A stretch of DNA of 63,129 nucleotides, filler included, from Perkinsus chesapeaki ATCC PRA-425 (GCA_013115145.1; 13 parts of 13 records of this genome joined end to end with filler, not necessarily neighbours in it), one strand, 5' to 3'. Positions 34,968 to 48,590 are shown, counted from the first letter of the whole stretch. Program-made: numbers and translations. The notes: a model not told the origin generated them from the sequence alone.

Positions 34968-37900
34968 CCAGTTTATTGTGTCATGTTGTGAGGCTAGTAG
35001 TATTGATTATTTAAAAAAGCCGTATTGGAAAAATTTTATTGTAAATTTTGTCAAGTGAAAAAGCCGTCGTGTAACAGTGAGTTAACGAAGAACAGGTATA
35101 GAGAAGCTGGAACTCCAGGTTGTCAACCTAAGGTTGAGCCCACGACTAGCAGGCCAAAGGGCTGCGCTCCTGAGGGCTCCTCGCGTGCTGGAAGTCTCTC
35201 AGTGAGAGTGGTAATTAGGGCATTTCTTTGGCCAGCAGCGGCATCACACTCTATCTCAATCTGCATATCCATGTATCCTGGCAGACTCTAACACTCCAAA
35301 GCTCTGAGGAGACAGCTCTCAGCCATCGTGCGCCGCTCGTTCCATTGTGCATGCGCGCATGGCTGAACCCCCTCGAAATAGTTGAGTAAGTTAGCGGGGC
35401 CTGGTGTTCGTCATCATGATCAAAGAACTAACATGCGCGAACAGTGCATCATGGTAAATGCACTGTCCTCTATCTCTGGTAATACCAGGATACTATCCTA
35501 GCGGATATCACTTTCGATAGTATGCCTTATGGTCAACAAGTTGCAGAGAAAGTTATTCACATATGAAGTTCAGGCCGGCAAGCTCACTAACCGTGACGAA
35601 CACGGGATATTTTTCCGAAAAATTTTTCCGTACGTCCCATCACTGAAGCAAGCTCGTGGACTCGAAGACTGAGAATCTCATCGCTTGTCGAATCACGGGC
35701 TATCTCGGGCTGGAATTTACACACCTCGTGCGGCGCGCGGAGGCCACGCGGCCTAGTGACTAGGCCCTAGTCTAGCAACTTTGGCAAAACAGGAAGCCAT
35801 AAATACTGTAGTCGCAAATTGTGGCTACATGGGAAGTTTTCGTTGGGAATGGTAATGCGTTTTAATTAGAATTTCCCTGGATTGGGGCTCCCTCGGAATC
35901 TGAACTAGAGTCTCTAGTTCAGAGGACAAACCACCAAGAGCTCGAACCCGAATCAGAACTCCCCATGACTCATGGATAAGCTCGAGTTATCTTGGCCAGG
36001 CTCATGGACCATGAGCTCGTCTTTGTCCAAATGACAGAATATGGGTATCGAACTCGCGATAACCTAACAAAACCTGCTAACGACTGCAGGCTGCCGACCA
36101 TCAGTGACCTCGACGCCTCATTGACACTAGCTACTGTGTGGGATCGCAGCGCATAGGTCATACCAGAAGTCCTCATTAGAAACTGATGTTTCAGTAGTAT
36201 GATTGATGCTCCAACATCTGGCGAAAAGTTTCGATGCAATTTCCCCTCACCAGTTGTGATTTTCCGTGTATGTCCAATAATGGCCCATCGACAGTGGAGG
36301 TAGAGGTTATGGTCAACTATGGCGCTCGGCTAGATGGAAGCTTTGAGATAGTTATATTACCATTAACGGTAAAAGATTCACAAAAGCGACGAGTGGATAT
36401 TGTGGTACTACATCCTTGGATTAATAGACTCAACTTCGTTCAACCTGGTTATAAGGTAAGATTAAAATGTTCCCTCACCTCAGCTCTATCATGCGGACTC
36501 AGGACTACATCGGTATTATTGTCGCCAGTTCCCTATTACACGCGACTTCACCACCTACCGATTTTTTTGCCGAAACGTTCTTTTCATTATAATCGCCATT
36601 TGATTCGACCAGGTTTGCTTCCACAGTCTAACAGCGGCCACTAAAGACGCTCATGATCTCAAGTTCACCGGTGAAGATTTTAGGGATAACTTCTACCGTG
36701 TTACAGGAGATGTTCTGGTGAGGCTCCGTTATCCATTCTTCCTCCACATAATTGTTATTCTTGACGCAATATGAAATTTTCTGCTCTAAGTATGCATCAG
36801 TGATACAGTATCATTGCGTGGAATATCCGTTGATGATATCTTGGACAAAAGGAGCGGAAACTTTGCGAAATGCGTGGATGCAAGGCACTTTTTGACAAGA
36901 TGCTCCGGGAATTTTTCTGAATTGAATTCAAGCGGCAAGTATTTTGTTCTATGTTGTCAACGAATTTATCGTGTTAGATTTCGGACGGTCGAAAGGCTCG
37001 CAAGCGGGACTCGACAGGGCAGCCGATCGACCAAGTTGATATCTATGGCTCGGTGATCATGACAAAGGATGGCGTTCCTAAGGAAGAAGATGGTATGAGG
37101 GTGTAGAACTAGATGAAGCTTGACCAAAGAGGCTTTATGGGATAATGCACCACTAGGCATGATCGATTTGCTTTTATTTTATGATATGGGCAAGCAATAT
37201 ATAGATGTCTATGTGTATGTGTTTGCCACTTCTGCGGAATAAATACGTCTGAGCACTATCAAAAAGGGGAACGAGTTCAGGCAGAGCCTTTTTTGGTTCA
37301 GGTAGGCATTTGTGCTGGGATTGTAACAAGATAGATTACAAAGAGGTAAGAGGGGCAGTTTAGTTTCATGGTATGAAATTCATACTGTTAACACACACTT
37401 ATCTTGTTACGTATAATTCCAGAATTGTCAACGAGCAATAGGTGTTTATCATGAATAATTTATCACACGAAAGAAGTGGGCCATCCACTGACATCATCGG
37501 CTGAAGATGCTAGTCTATGGCTACACTGTTAGTGGCTAATAATTAGCTCCCTTCATGGTCGGTGATCATGAAACTATAGAATAGGCTCGAGTCGAGCCGC
37601 TCGATTGATGCCCAGTAGCTGAGCTCCAGCTTTTTAGCGGGCCTTGATTGCCCTTTCTTCACCGCTATCAGAGAGAGAGCCTCTCTTAGAGAGGAAAATT
37701 CAGTACCCCGATGGACTACTAGAATCTAGTAACTGGTGTTTTTAATCTATCAAGCTCAAGGGGCTGCCACTATCATGAGAGGACTGTCGCACCATGGTAC
37801 TGAGTCGACCCGAGCCACGTGCTGATAGGCTGAATGAGGCCGTGTGAACTACGAATGTTGACCAACTTGATGTTGACCAACAACTTTTGCACCTGAACTA

Positions 37901-38207
37901 GACGTTTAAAGGAGGATCCCTTTGTTCGATATGTATGACGCGAAAGAGGCTGGAACAACTGCGAAGTCATATGAAGGGACGTTGGTGGGCATTACTGGCT
38001 GGTACTACGTCTACTCCGACGCCGCTTGCCATAAGAACGGTCTAGCCATTTCTTGATCGGTGACTTTGCTCATGAGTCGAATTTATACTCGACTGAAGCT
38101 GTACTATTGTCGGGGACAGAGAACCCAGAGGACTTAGCCGAGCTGATCTGGGTGCACGGGGACTCGGAAGTCCCGGCCCCAGCTGATGCATTCGCAACCA
38201 TGTCGCA

Positions 38208-38516
38208 ATGAAAGGGCTAACAACGTGTGATGCACGTTATGTGCGAAACGCTGATCCTGGAGAGCTACTGGTCCCTACCCACATATTCGTGGTAGAAGGT
38301 CACGGTCGCAATCGAGGAGTAGTGGACTTAGCCATGTACAACAAATGGTGTAGCGGTGTGCACTCTCGCAAGCAGAAGCGATATAGGTTTGGTATAGGTG
38401 GTATCGGTGACACGTTGAACAAGCTACGCAGTGGTGATGTATGGGGACAGCTGGACTTGTCCAGAGCGTTCTACTCATTGCGTTGGTCTGGTCTTGCGTT
38501 TGGGGAAACTCCTTAG
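38208..38516 (+). pseudogene. Reverse transcriptase fragment
   Basis: VWGQLDLSRAFYSL parallels QMDLSKAYYRL of the pol at 29270. Confidence 0.6.
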
Positions 38517-40326
38517 AATATCAAACTCTAATACTCGTTAACGTCTATCAAACTCCATGGACGGTTCTCTGTGTTCGGATCGCGTCCTAGATCGTCATTC
38601 TAGAACCGTAATTGAACTCTCCAACGTATATAGAGAGCGTCTGTGATCGTTGGAATCGACGATCGCTAGCACACTCTCAACACGCAGCGTTCATTGCCAT
38701 GGGTGTAGCCATGAGCGCATGCAGACCAGCTGTAATTACACGAATCAATTCACTCGGGAAACTCATCGGAAACTTCATTGCTTCAATTGCGTTTGTGGCC
38801 TGTTTCAGTATAGCCTGGTAACGAAGAGTATGTCATATCTATCCTTGGGGGCGATAACACCGCAGATGGGAATTGATGGTAAAATCATTAACACTCAATG
38901 TGTGTTCATCAGAAACACACAGGTAGGTGTGGAAGGTTACATGGTCACTTGGGAGAGGTCCTCTACTAGAGGAATTCGCGAGCTGGGCTTCCCTGCCGTC
39001 GTTTGTCCTTCAATATTTGTTCGGAGTGTTCTTTTTTTTCTTGTATATATATACCATCAAGGAAAATAATAGTGTGTCATGAATAAAGAAATGACGGATA
39101 TAAGGCGTCACGCAATACGTCATGCACAGTAAAGAAAGGAAATACTACTTCTCTTGATCGAGGCTATATGAGTTTTATTGGTAGCCTTTATTGTAGTGGT
39201 TTATCTTATAATACTACTTCCTAGTACCTACTTGCCTGTGCAACTCACAATGAATTATCAATAGTGAGTCATTATCATGGAGTTCATCGGACGGGTTTGG
39301 TTGATATTTTGTATGAAGCTCATGCGATAGCTTCACCTATTTGGTGTTTATGAAGCGACAACTTTTTCCTCATGATGAGGATAAATAATTATGACCGGAA
39401 TGATAATAAGGATCGTAATTTCTCTCTGCAAAAGCATGCGTTCAATGGAGCTGGTAATTATTGTAGTATTATGGTATGTACGGTACTGCTCTTAATGAGA
39501 GTAGACAACTATCCTTACCAAATATTACAGATTCATCACAGAAGTATGTGACACTCCTTCAGCTATCAGCAGACTTCTACAAGTCCATTTGTGCGCAAAT
39601 TCAGCGCGCAAATTGAAGAACCAATATTTTTAAAATCTGATGCCTAGAAACGGAGATACGCATATATTCTGATTTAGAAATTCACGGACATTATCATAAT
39701 ATAGGTTTCTTCTCACCTGCGTATAATCCCACCTCAGCCCGACTACGACGGCCGCCCGTGCTGCGTGAGCTGCGTCGTGTGTTCAGATGTATGCTTCTCA
39801 ACCCAAGGCCAACAACAACAACGTTTATAGATTTCAGAATCAGGGTCCAAGCTATGTCGCCTTGACTGTTGCGGTAATCGATTATGGTTGGAAATGGCTT
39901 CCTGTGGCGTCCTGGGCAAGGGAGGATACAAACGACTCTGCTGGTGAGAAAGATGTGGGAAAGATTGTTTTCATTATTCAAGTAGCGCTGTAGATGGGGC
40001 AACATTAGACCAATGGGATTGAGGGAATAGTAGGGCATTTATTATACTCTTAAGAAATTTATTAACGCGGGGATTATTTATGGTTCAGGTCATCAAAGAT
40101 CTTTAGAAATCGAAAGAGCAGGCGAATATTTTTACGAAATTTCGTGAGACGCTAATCTATACACGGCGAATCTCGTCACTGTTACGTCGAGTGACACACG
40201 GCTCGACTGCGTGACCTAGTCGGACCCTGTCTCACTGGGGGAGACGTAGTTGTTCTGTAATTGTCAACTTCGTTCGCTAGATTGATTTATTATTGTAAAG
40301 AATGGGCGAAAAAAGAAAACTAATAG

Positions 40327-42463
40327 CTATCCGGCGGAACGATAAACGTGCAGCAGAGAGGAATTGTGTGCGTTGAACAGTGCAACGGTCTTACTGGTGC
40401 TCTTTCATCAGAGAGGCTCTTTACGATGCAAATCGAGCTACACACAAACCAGCTGACCAGCCTCCCCTGGATCACAGCCGGGGACGTGTTAAGGATTCAT
40501 CGCGCGAAGGTTATGCGATATGATTCGCGTAGAAATATCACTAGACTGGCACACAATGGAAAGGAGAAGACCAGTGTGACCATAGTAAGCTGGTGAAGAG
40601 AATCTTCGTCTCTTCATTTCTGTGTAGACAATCTCTTGTTTATATTGGGCACAAAAGAGAACACACTGTCTTTTTTGAATATATATTGTTAACAATAGTT
40701 CATATGAATATATTCTGATTGGGGCACATCTGGCTGTTAAGTCTGGCGGTCCTGATTGGGTGAAGAAATCACCATCTGTTGGTAAGTAATGTCCTTCTGA
40801 ACCTATCCACAAATTTATGTCAGAGTTATAATGCATTCATTTTTCTCGAGCCAGATGGACTCTTAGTGCGAAGCGTCGATTCCCCATTTTTACCATCACG
40901 ACGAAGTTGTCAGTCGAAAGTTGGGTGATTCCGCGAATGACTAATTCGCGGATATAATACGACGCCTATTCGCGAATCTGCAATGGTCGCCCTCCGCACG
41001 TCAACAAAGTCGATAGAGTATTGTCTTAATATAGGTGCCAAACACAGAGCATAACACTCATAAAGATTATCAACCAGGCCAAGCCTACAATGTGAGGAAC
41101 TATCCTGTTGGGCCCAATACTGGAGATGTATACGAGCTTACGAAGTGAGAGAAGGTTAGCTCGCCTGTGAACTCATAATTAGAGTACAGAGTGCAGCAGA
41201 TTTTCTGTTTACCACTTATTGGGGAATACGTTCGTTGCTAATGATCTAACGATTCTTGATCGCCATACTCGATACTTGATGGTTGTTTGTGCCACGATTT
41301 GTTCATTCAAGAGCGCTTTGATCTCCCTCACATTCTAAGACGATGGTTGTGGTCTGTAGCGATTCGAGGAAACTTTTTTGAGATTCGAAATCATAAAGGA
41401 CGCAGAAAGCAACGGCTAGGACATGTATGGTGACAAAGCGCGCCTCTCGAAGCCTCACGATTTACTTGTTAAAGCTACAGTGTAAACCATCGATTAGCTC
41501 GTTGATCGTTCAATACTGTAGAAGTGTACTTGACCGTAGAGCCTCAGGGATTCGACTGTTTCGTCAAACTATTATTTGCCTTTTCGGGTCTCATAGAGGT
41601 TCCTCAGGAAACTGCACGTATTTGCGGCGGATGCGCTGAAGAAGCAATCGTTGAAGGTGAGTCGAGGTGAACGTTGGAATTTAATTTGGCTTAGTACGTC
41701 ATGTATGTACAAGCTTCGTAGATTCGGCATAAGGATTGTAGTGGTTGTGGTCGCGAGGCCTTCTTAGCTTAGTTGGTAGAGCACCCGCTTAGTAAGCGGG
41801 AGGTCGTCGGTTCGACTCCGGCAGAAGGCTTTTCGCATTGTGTACCATTTTCTCGCTTAATGTTTCTAATGCATACGACGTACATGTACTTGCTAGTAAT
41901 TGTCAGATGCCCGAGGAAGAGTCCATCGTAATCGGTCGAGTATCCGTGATAGATAAATCGAGTGATCGCTTTCAATTGAGTACTGTAACGGATAATGTCG
42001 ATGACCCCGAGCTAAGGGAAGGTAGGCTTGAAAACAGAACAATCCCAGCTCAGCTCAAACCCGAGAGAACCCGTACTTGCGGGATCATCTTAAAGCTGGA
42101 TCACTGCATCCTTAAACAGGATAGCGCTACTCCTTTTAGTTACCATCCTCCTGCGATGTCCGACTTCTCATGGAAAAACATTTGTAAGTTGGTGTGGTTC
42201 GGAATGCCGGGATCGAGCCTGCGCCCTTTTTACAGTTATTCCATCGTATGCGGCCGGGCGATTGGGTGATGGTTGAGAACATGGAATTATATGATGCTAA
42301 ATGGAACTCGTACGTGGCGCAAGTCGAGCATGTTACTCGACTGCCGGAGTGGAGCTACGATGTACAGCACACGATTAGTCTGATGAAGAATGCCGAGAAG
42401 GACCGAGAGGCAGAAGAACTGGAGGAATTGGTGAGCACCGCTTCGACCAGGTTAGATGATTAG
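40327..42463 (+). CDS. Multi-exon POT1/TEBP-like OB-fold protein (exon structure only partly resolved)
   Basis: TINVQQRGIV and LPWITAGDVLRIHRAKV...SW resemble the POT1 OB1 pattern LPxxxxGDIIRxHRxK. Further open exons with GT-AG borders lie downstream. Confidence 0.45.
41758..41830 (+). tRNA. tRNA-Thr (anticodon AGT), intronless
   Basis: GCCTTCT/AGAAGGC acceptor stem, D arm TAGCTTAGTTGGTAGAGC, CCCGC-TTAGTAA-GCGGG anticodon arm, GGTTCGACTCC T arm, followed by a T run. Confidence 0.96.
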
Positions 42464-44432
42464 TATCAATCCGATCTCTCTTTTGTACAGTGTTTATTCA
42501 AAGGCGTGGAGATACGCCTGACCAACATGAGTGTATCTGTCATACTGACTTTTCCTCGTATTCAGATCGAAAGACCCACTGGAAGTGATGAAGAGAATGA
42601 ACCTCCGTCTCAACCATCCCAGGCATTTGGTGGTGACAACTACGGATGGACACAAGAGATTGAGAAGATACCTCAGGGCGGGTCGGAGATTGATAAAGCT
42701 ATAGCTCAGGGAGGCTTGACGGGTATGTTCCTTTGTACTTGCGTGCACTTCTTCGAGCAGCAAGCAAGATGCCTTTACTAGCTCGATTCTCTCCTTGCTC
42801 TTGTTATTTAGAGAACGATAATACACAGCTCGTTCGCTAAATCCGTAATGAAGAGAATTAACTCTGTGAATTCTTGATAAACCTATGTCAATATATAACC
42901 CCGCAAGTAAATAGAAGTGACGCTAAATATTGCTTTGCAATGCTTGAAAGATATTCCGACGATCGAAAAGCTAAGTGTATCTTTGAAGATGTCGGCATTT
43001 CATTGAAAATATTGACAAGCTGCAGTTCCTCAGTACATTGTACTATTGTCAATACGAATGTCTATTGACAAAATTTAAGTCAATTTTACATGGGACAAAT
43101 TCAAACTTACTAATGCATAGCGCATGCCATCATCAAAGTGACAATCACTTCATGGCACAGCAGGCTTTCATCACCAATGTTGAATGACAAGTGTTTGTGA
43201 TTGAATTTGAATTCTCTCAGGTCCTCTGTTGACGCAGTCTAAAGAAGGAACAGTCGAGGTTGATGATGTATTTGATTTTATAGAGGAATGAATTAGCCTA
43301 TTGTCTATGCATTCCATTATGTTTCATTTCACTTTGTGTTGAGTTCAGCAACAGTTGCAGATAACGAACGATTAAGTGTTATAGCTTGCACCGTGTGGAT
43401 CATCCGATACACGACTCTCGACGGAGGATACAAAAAGTTCATGTTCTGGTTCGTAAACAATAGAGATAAACGTTATACGTGCATGCAGTGGCATAACACC
43501 GTTTGATGACACACTTTAAATGGAACATTAGTATTCACACTTTTACTGCACGAAGAGGCGCATTCTTAAGAGGTAGGTTGATACTAGCTCGTCAGTAAGT
43601 GATAATCCATTAGTTGGCTTGTCGGGCGAGAGCAGTCCATGTTACCTTGCTCACCTTCGAGCCCAAACGGCTCTATGCGCTTCATACCAGATCTCGGATA
43701 TACATTGTTCGGATTGCAATGAGAACATCCCAGGGAAGCTCACTCAGTAGGATCGTGGAAATAGTTGGAATTGGCGAACTGAAAAAGAGGATCCTTTTCG
43801 CTGCATTCGACGATTAGCAGTCTCGACGTAGGACAATGATCGACCAGAGGGCATTTGACACATATTTACCATGTTAACTAAACACGGGTCATTAATAACT
43901 AATAACTTGATATTTGCCTCAAATGCGAAGGCTTTCTAGCGCTCCTCGTTGCCGAAGAGCAAGGTAATTCTGCCGAGTCAAACCATACTGCTTGAATCAA
44001 GTCGGACTCAGCGCTGAATAGAGCTGAATGTATGAAGGCCACGAAGTGACCTGACGTCGTCAGGTCACTCGGTCGTCAGGTCAGGCCGTCAGGCTGACGA
44101 CTCTTCGCCTCCCAAGTGAAAAGGCATTGGCCGTGTAGTGCCCTACGAGATACCTATAGTAGACAGCGCAATTGTGCGCCTTTCATGCTTAGCGTTGTGC
44201 ATAGCTAAGCCTGTATCTCCCGCTGCGCTACATAGAGTTAAGAGCAGGTTTCGTCTTTGCTTTGGAGACCTGTGTTCATCAGCAGTTACAGAGTCAAGCT
44301 CAGNNNNNNNNNNNNNNNNNNNNNNNNNNNNNNNNNNNNNNNNNNNNTTAATTAATTAANNNNNNNNNNNNNNNNNNNNNNNNNNNNNNNNNNNNNNNNN
44401 NNNTCATCTTATGAATAGTAAAGTTTTCAACA

Positions 44433-45680
44433 ATGCCAATCCCCTTCCTGAAGGCCCTCTCGGATGATTTAGAAAGAAAGAACAGGCTTATGCATGAGTT
44501 CCTGTCAGATAGGAGAAGCAGTTATACCAGAAAGCCACGTACATCCAAAAAGCCATCCAGTCGTATATCAAAGCCCAAGGAGACCAGCATATCAGACGAA
44601 GAGGTTAAGAGGTTCCTGAGCAAAGCAAGAGCTGTCAACACCCAGAAGCAATATGAGTCAATAGTACGTGGCTACAAAGATTTCATGGCAATGCAAGATC
44701 CTTCGACGACGTGTTTCCCTTTGGACCCGGACATGCTAGTCCGCTATGCTGCGTATCTGACAAAGAATAACAAAGGAAAAGAGACAATAATGAAATACAT
44801 TCGGGTATTGAGAACCGTAGATAAATCATGCAAGAGCACCAGAAGATGGTCGGTAGCAGACGAAGAGATCCTGAGATTAGCTCGTGAGGCAGTTAGGAGA
44901 ATAAAGGGAGGATCACCTCCAAAGCAGGCCCTCACCTTAACAAGTGAACAATTAAAGAAGATCGCCTTCCTGACACCTTCTTCTGGAGATCGCAGTAGCT
45001 CCACGGCGGTGCTGCTGGGAGTAGCAGCCTGTTTAAGGCCGGGGGAACTGTATGCTCTGAAGAAGGAGGACGTGAAATACTCAAGTAAAGAGCGAACGCT
45101 CGTACTTACGATCAGAGAAGGGAAAACTGATGTCGAAAGACTGGGTCAAGACGTGATAGTAGGCTGTGTATGCAAGGCTGGTCCGAGCGGCGACCAGATT
45201 TGCCCAGTGCATCGTGTGAAAGAACTGCTCTTCAGAGATAACGGCGAGCGGCTATTCCCTAAATCAGAGAAGCAGTTGGATAAAGACATTAGAGAGTTGT
45301 TACACCTAGTTACCGGTGACGAGAGCAGAGCCACAGCCCACGCACTGCGAAGATCAGCAGCGCATCTTATGGCAGCCAACGGTCTATCTGCCCAGGAGAT
45401 AGCAGACCATGGCCGGTGGAAAACAACAACTACGGTCCTTAATACTTATCTGAGGCAGTCATCATCATATAACCAGAGAGCCGCTCAATATTCCTACAAA
45501 ATGTTAGATCTGAAGCCCCCTGTTGAGGACGAGGATGAAACCGTAAAGATGCGTACGTGCAGTTCAGAACGCGCGCGCCCGTCTGATCGAATCAACGCCT
45601 CCAGGGTTACTAATTGCCCCTCTCAAAAGTTTTCAAGATTGAAACGTCCACGGTATGAGATGCCGATGAAGATAGCATGA
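44433..45680 (+). CDS. Tyrosine recombinase (DIRS/Ngaro/Crypton type)
   Basis: SAM-like N-domain (TQKQYESIV..Y..F, LVRYAAYL), then catalytic CLRPGE (R), GKTD (K), HALRR (HxxR), GRW and YLR (Y). Confidence 0.92.
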   Translation: MPIPFLKALSDDLERKNRLMHEFLSDRRSSYTRKPRTSKKPSSRISKPKETSISDEEVKRFLSKARAVNTQKQYESIVRGYKDFMAMQDPSTTCFPLDPDMLVRYAAYLTKNNKGKETIMKYIRVLRTVDKSCKSTRRWSVADEEILRLAREAVRRIKGGSPPKQALTLTSEQLKKIAFLTPSSGDRSSSTAVLLGVAACLRPGELYALKKEDVKYSSKERTLVLTIREGKTDVERLGQDVIVGCVCKAGPSGDQICPVHRVKELLFRDNGERLFPKSEKQLDKDIRELLHLVTGDESRATAHALRRSAAHLMAANGLSAQEIADHGRWKTTTTVLNTYLRQSSSYNQRAAQYSYKMLDLKPPVEDEDETVKMRTCSSERARPSDRINASRVTNCPSQKFSRLKRPRYEMPMKIA

Positions 45681-46921
45681 ATGACGAAGATTCTGGCGTT
45701 ATAAATCCAAACGAGTTTGAGTTAAGTGTTTCTGACAGATGATGTATTGCGTTATGGGCTCAGTTGGGGGAGTGTAGACCGGTGGGCTACACTGGTCGAC
45801 GCTTGTAGTGTGTCTATCTGGTTAAGGATGAGTTGCTCTGAGTAACAAAGACTGTGAATGAGTGTACCGTCAGTGACGGTCCGTCACGTATCTCAATTGC
45901 GTTTCTATTATATAGCCAGATCAAAGTTTGATCATCAAACCGATGAAACTGATTACATCAGGAACTTCATAATAGGAAATCTAACCCACCTATGNNNNNN
46001 NNNNNNNNNNNNNNNNNNNNNNNNNNNNNNNNNNNNNNTTAATTAATTAANNNNNNNNNNNNNNNNNNNNNNNNNNNNNNNNNNNNNNNNNNNNAGAGCG
46101 GACAAACGCTAGCAATGTTAATGAGGGAATGATTCGTCAACCGCTTTAGAATTGCAGACTAAAACCCTTCGTAAAAAGTCTCAAAGTCGTTGCTCATTAA
46201 TGTGCAACACATGAAAATTCACGTGCTCAATCGGTTAAGATTTGAGACCATAAAAATTAGCGGCTCCTTTACATCGAAAGCCGATAACTGGCATGCGGGG
46301 TCAACTGAGTTGGAGGCAAGCGGTTTCCTATGATTGTGTGCTTTACTGTGGATCAGGTCCGGAGGCTACATATGAAGGCGGTGGAGGTGGCGTGGAGAGC
46401 AATCCACTAGCCCTATCAAAAACTGTCTGAATGTTCAACATTCAATGTTGCTATTTTCCACAACTTGCAGCTCTTAGTCTCATACGACTCAGTGATTGAA
46501 GGTCCTGCTGTGGAGCGGTCCACTCGCATATCATTATTGAGAGATACCCTTCAAGATGGCCATGGTTGCAGCAGCTACTATTAACAACAGGCGGTAACTA
46601 GCACAACACGCTGATTTTGGACACGGAGCTGTAACGAGTGTTCTGTAAGAAGTCACTCAGGCTTTTCAGAAAGCATCAGAGACAGGACAAATACCAAGAC
46701 GACGTCTTGAAGACATTTTCTAATACACAACAGCTGGGTCGTCAAGACTACTGTAATACAGCATCGAGACACTGCGGATCAGGAAACTTGACAGAAGAAT
46801 ATCTACACTGGTGGAGCCACTTTTCATCAGCAACGGCTCGGGTAAGTCATATAATACATCGTATAACACATTTAAACGCTTAGCTAAAACACGCGAAGCA
46901 TCGATAAAAGACACTTATAGC

Positions 46922-47468
46922 TCAGAAGAGGACAGGACCAGCGCGCCAGAGTACCCAAGATTTATCCCAGGTCTTTTTGAACTTCCAAACCCCAATATGG
47001 GCGTTGAAGAGCACGTTAGAGACAAACTCCCACTTGTTTGCAATGTTGTCTACAGTATTGCCAAGGATGTCGAGACCGACATGGGCACTGGCGACCTTGA
47101 GGTTAGCTCCTGCAGTTATCTTACCATAGGCGCTGATTTCATTATTGGGTTTAGCAGTGCAGTTCACATAACCTGCGATGGTCCAGCCAAAGCTGACATG
47201 CTTCGTCAGCTGCACCTTGAACGCCACGGTTATAGAAGCGTCACCGCGGAAGGTCCTCTTATCAGGCTGGAGGGGATTAGTACCACCGGCGCTGCCATTT
47301 AGGCAGACATTGATGGAGACACTAACTCCCTCCCCATACTGAAATACCGTAGCACAGCCACCAGCCTCGAAAGATAGATCCAACACGGTAGCATTAGCAT
47401 CCTTTTTGAGAGTCACCGAGAGCCTCAGGTAAGCACTGAAATCAGGACGACTTGGCTCCGTAAACGTT
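46922..47468 (-). CDS. Hypothetical beta-strand-rich protein, 5' truncated at contig end
   Basis: Open frame from the contig edge to the stop at 46922 with protein-like composition. No family recognised. Confidence 0.5.
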
Positions 47469-47568
47469 NNNNNNNNNNNNNNNNNNNNNNNNNNNNNNNN
47501 NNNNNNNNNNNNTTAATTAATTAANNNNNNNNNNNNNNNNNNNNNNNNNNNNNNNNNNNNNNNNNNNN

Positions 47569-47701
47569 GGTTTGCCCATTTTTGGACCAATCCACTATTG
47601 GACCAAAGAGAAAAGCGCCAGTCCCTCTCTAAAAGCTTCCCTTCGGGAAGCACATCGCTCCGCGAACCACTTTTGGACCAATTTGTCCACTTCTGGACCA
47701 A
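47569..47701. repeat. TGGACCAA motif array with GCTTCCC-TTC-GGGAAGC hairpin (transposon-end-like)
   Basis: Four TGGACCAA copies and a hairpin at 47635-47651. Confidence 0.55.
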
Positions 47702-48002
47702 ATCGGGAAACTTGAACTCTTGAGCAAACTAGCCGATTCTTTACGTATGCGTACGCGGCTGTTCATTGCTCCACCAAGTGCCGCTTAGTAGTTATTGAAC
47801 TACTGACGCGGTGGGTCCTGACCCTCTGCTTGACAGAACCCTCGTGAGGGGATCATAGACGGACATTGGGCATTGAATTTTGACAATCTGTTGGTTCCTA
47901 TTAACTTAATTCCTTGGAATTGACGTAGGTTAATGGGCCTTGGCCTGCTTGATTGGAATTTGTTTCCTCTGCAGTTCTCGCTGAACGACAAATCCTTTTG
48001 AC

Positions 48003-48590
48003 ATGGCTGCTGAGCCGCAGAACGAGATTCCTTCTCTAGAGGCCTTGATGGAGGCCAGACCCGACCTTCGCAATATCAACATCGACCAATATCCAAGTGA
48101 CCGCCTCATCAACGATGCCTTCGGAATGCCAGAAGAGAAGCGGCTTCCCTTCCTTCTCAGCACTCCTTTGAAGGTCTACTTTTCCCATTCCGACGAGAAG
48201 ATAGATCCCGAGGGTGCATTTATCCTCAGCGACTTCGTTAGAGCCTTGTTGCGCTGGGCCGTGGCAATATCCCTAATAACTTGCTATGATAATGGTGATG
48301 GGCTGCAGATGGGGGAGCTGACAGCCCACATAGGTAACTGTCTTTTGGCAACAAATATGTCAGCTTATTCTGGAAAAATTGCCGGTCCAACCGGATCGGC
48401 TCATTATCATCAACTTACGGTCTGTAGACTCAGCGAGAGTGTCCGCAGGGGCGGTGATAAGGCGGCGCTTGTTGCCAAAATTATAGATTTTGATGAAAAC
48501 CTCGGGATTAAAACTGCAAATAAGGTGATTACTGTCCGTGAGAAGCAGTCCAATAACAGTTGTAGCAATTGGAAGAAACGCAGGTGGTAA
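48003..48590 (+). CDS. Hypothetical protein, possibly retroelement gag-like
   Basis: 195-aa intronless ATG ORF between repeat arrays. The family assignment is weak. Confidence 0.45.
   Translation: MAAEPQNEIPSLEALMEARPDLRNINIDQYPSDRLINDAFGMPEEKRLPFLLSTPLKVYFSHSDEKIDPEGAFILSDFVRALLRWAVAISLITCYDNGDGLQMGELTAHIGNCLLATNMSAYSGKIAGPTGSAHYHQLTVCRLSESVRRGGDKAALVAKIIDFDENLGIKTANKVITVREKQSNNSCSNWKKRRW

Noticed and set aside
35750-35770. GGCCTAG-TGA-CTAGGCC hairpin followed by CTAG as a Helitron 3' end
   Set aside because: The hairpin-to-CTAG spacing is atypical and no matching 5' TC end or Rep/helicase is on this contig.
42800-43900. Probable multi-exon gene fragments (also about 36600-37200, 38600-39100 and 56700-57650)
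   Set aside because: Exon-like segments are present but no frame or family could be supported.
46811-47302. Plus-strand 163-aa ORF overlapping 46922-47416
   Set aside because: Probably an antisense shadow of the minus-strand ORF, with no recognisable motifs.
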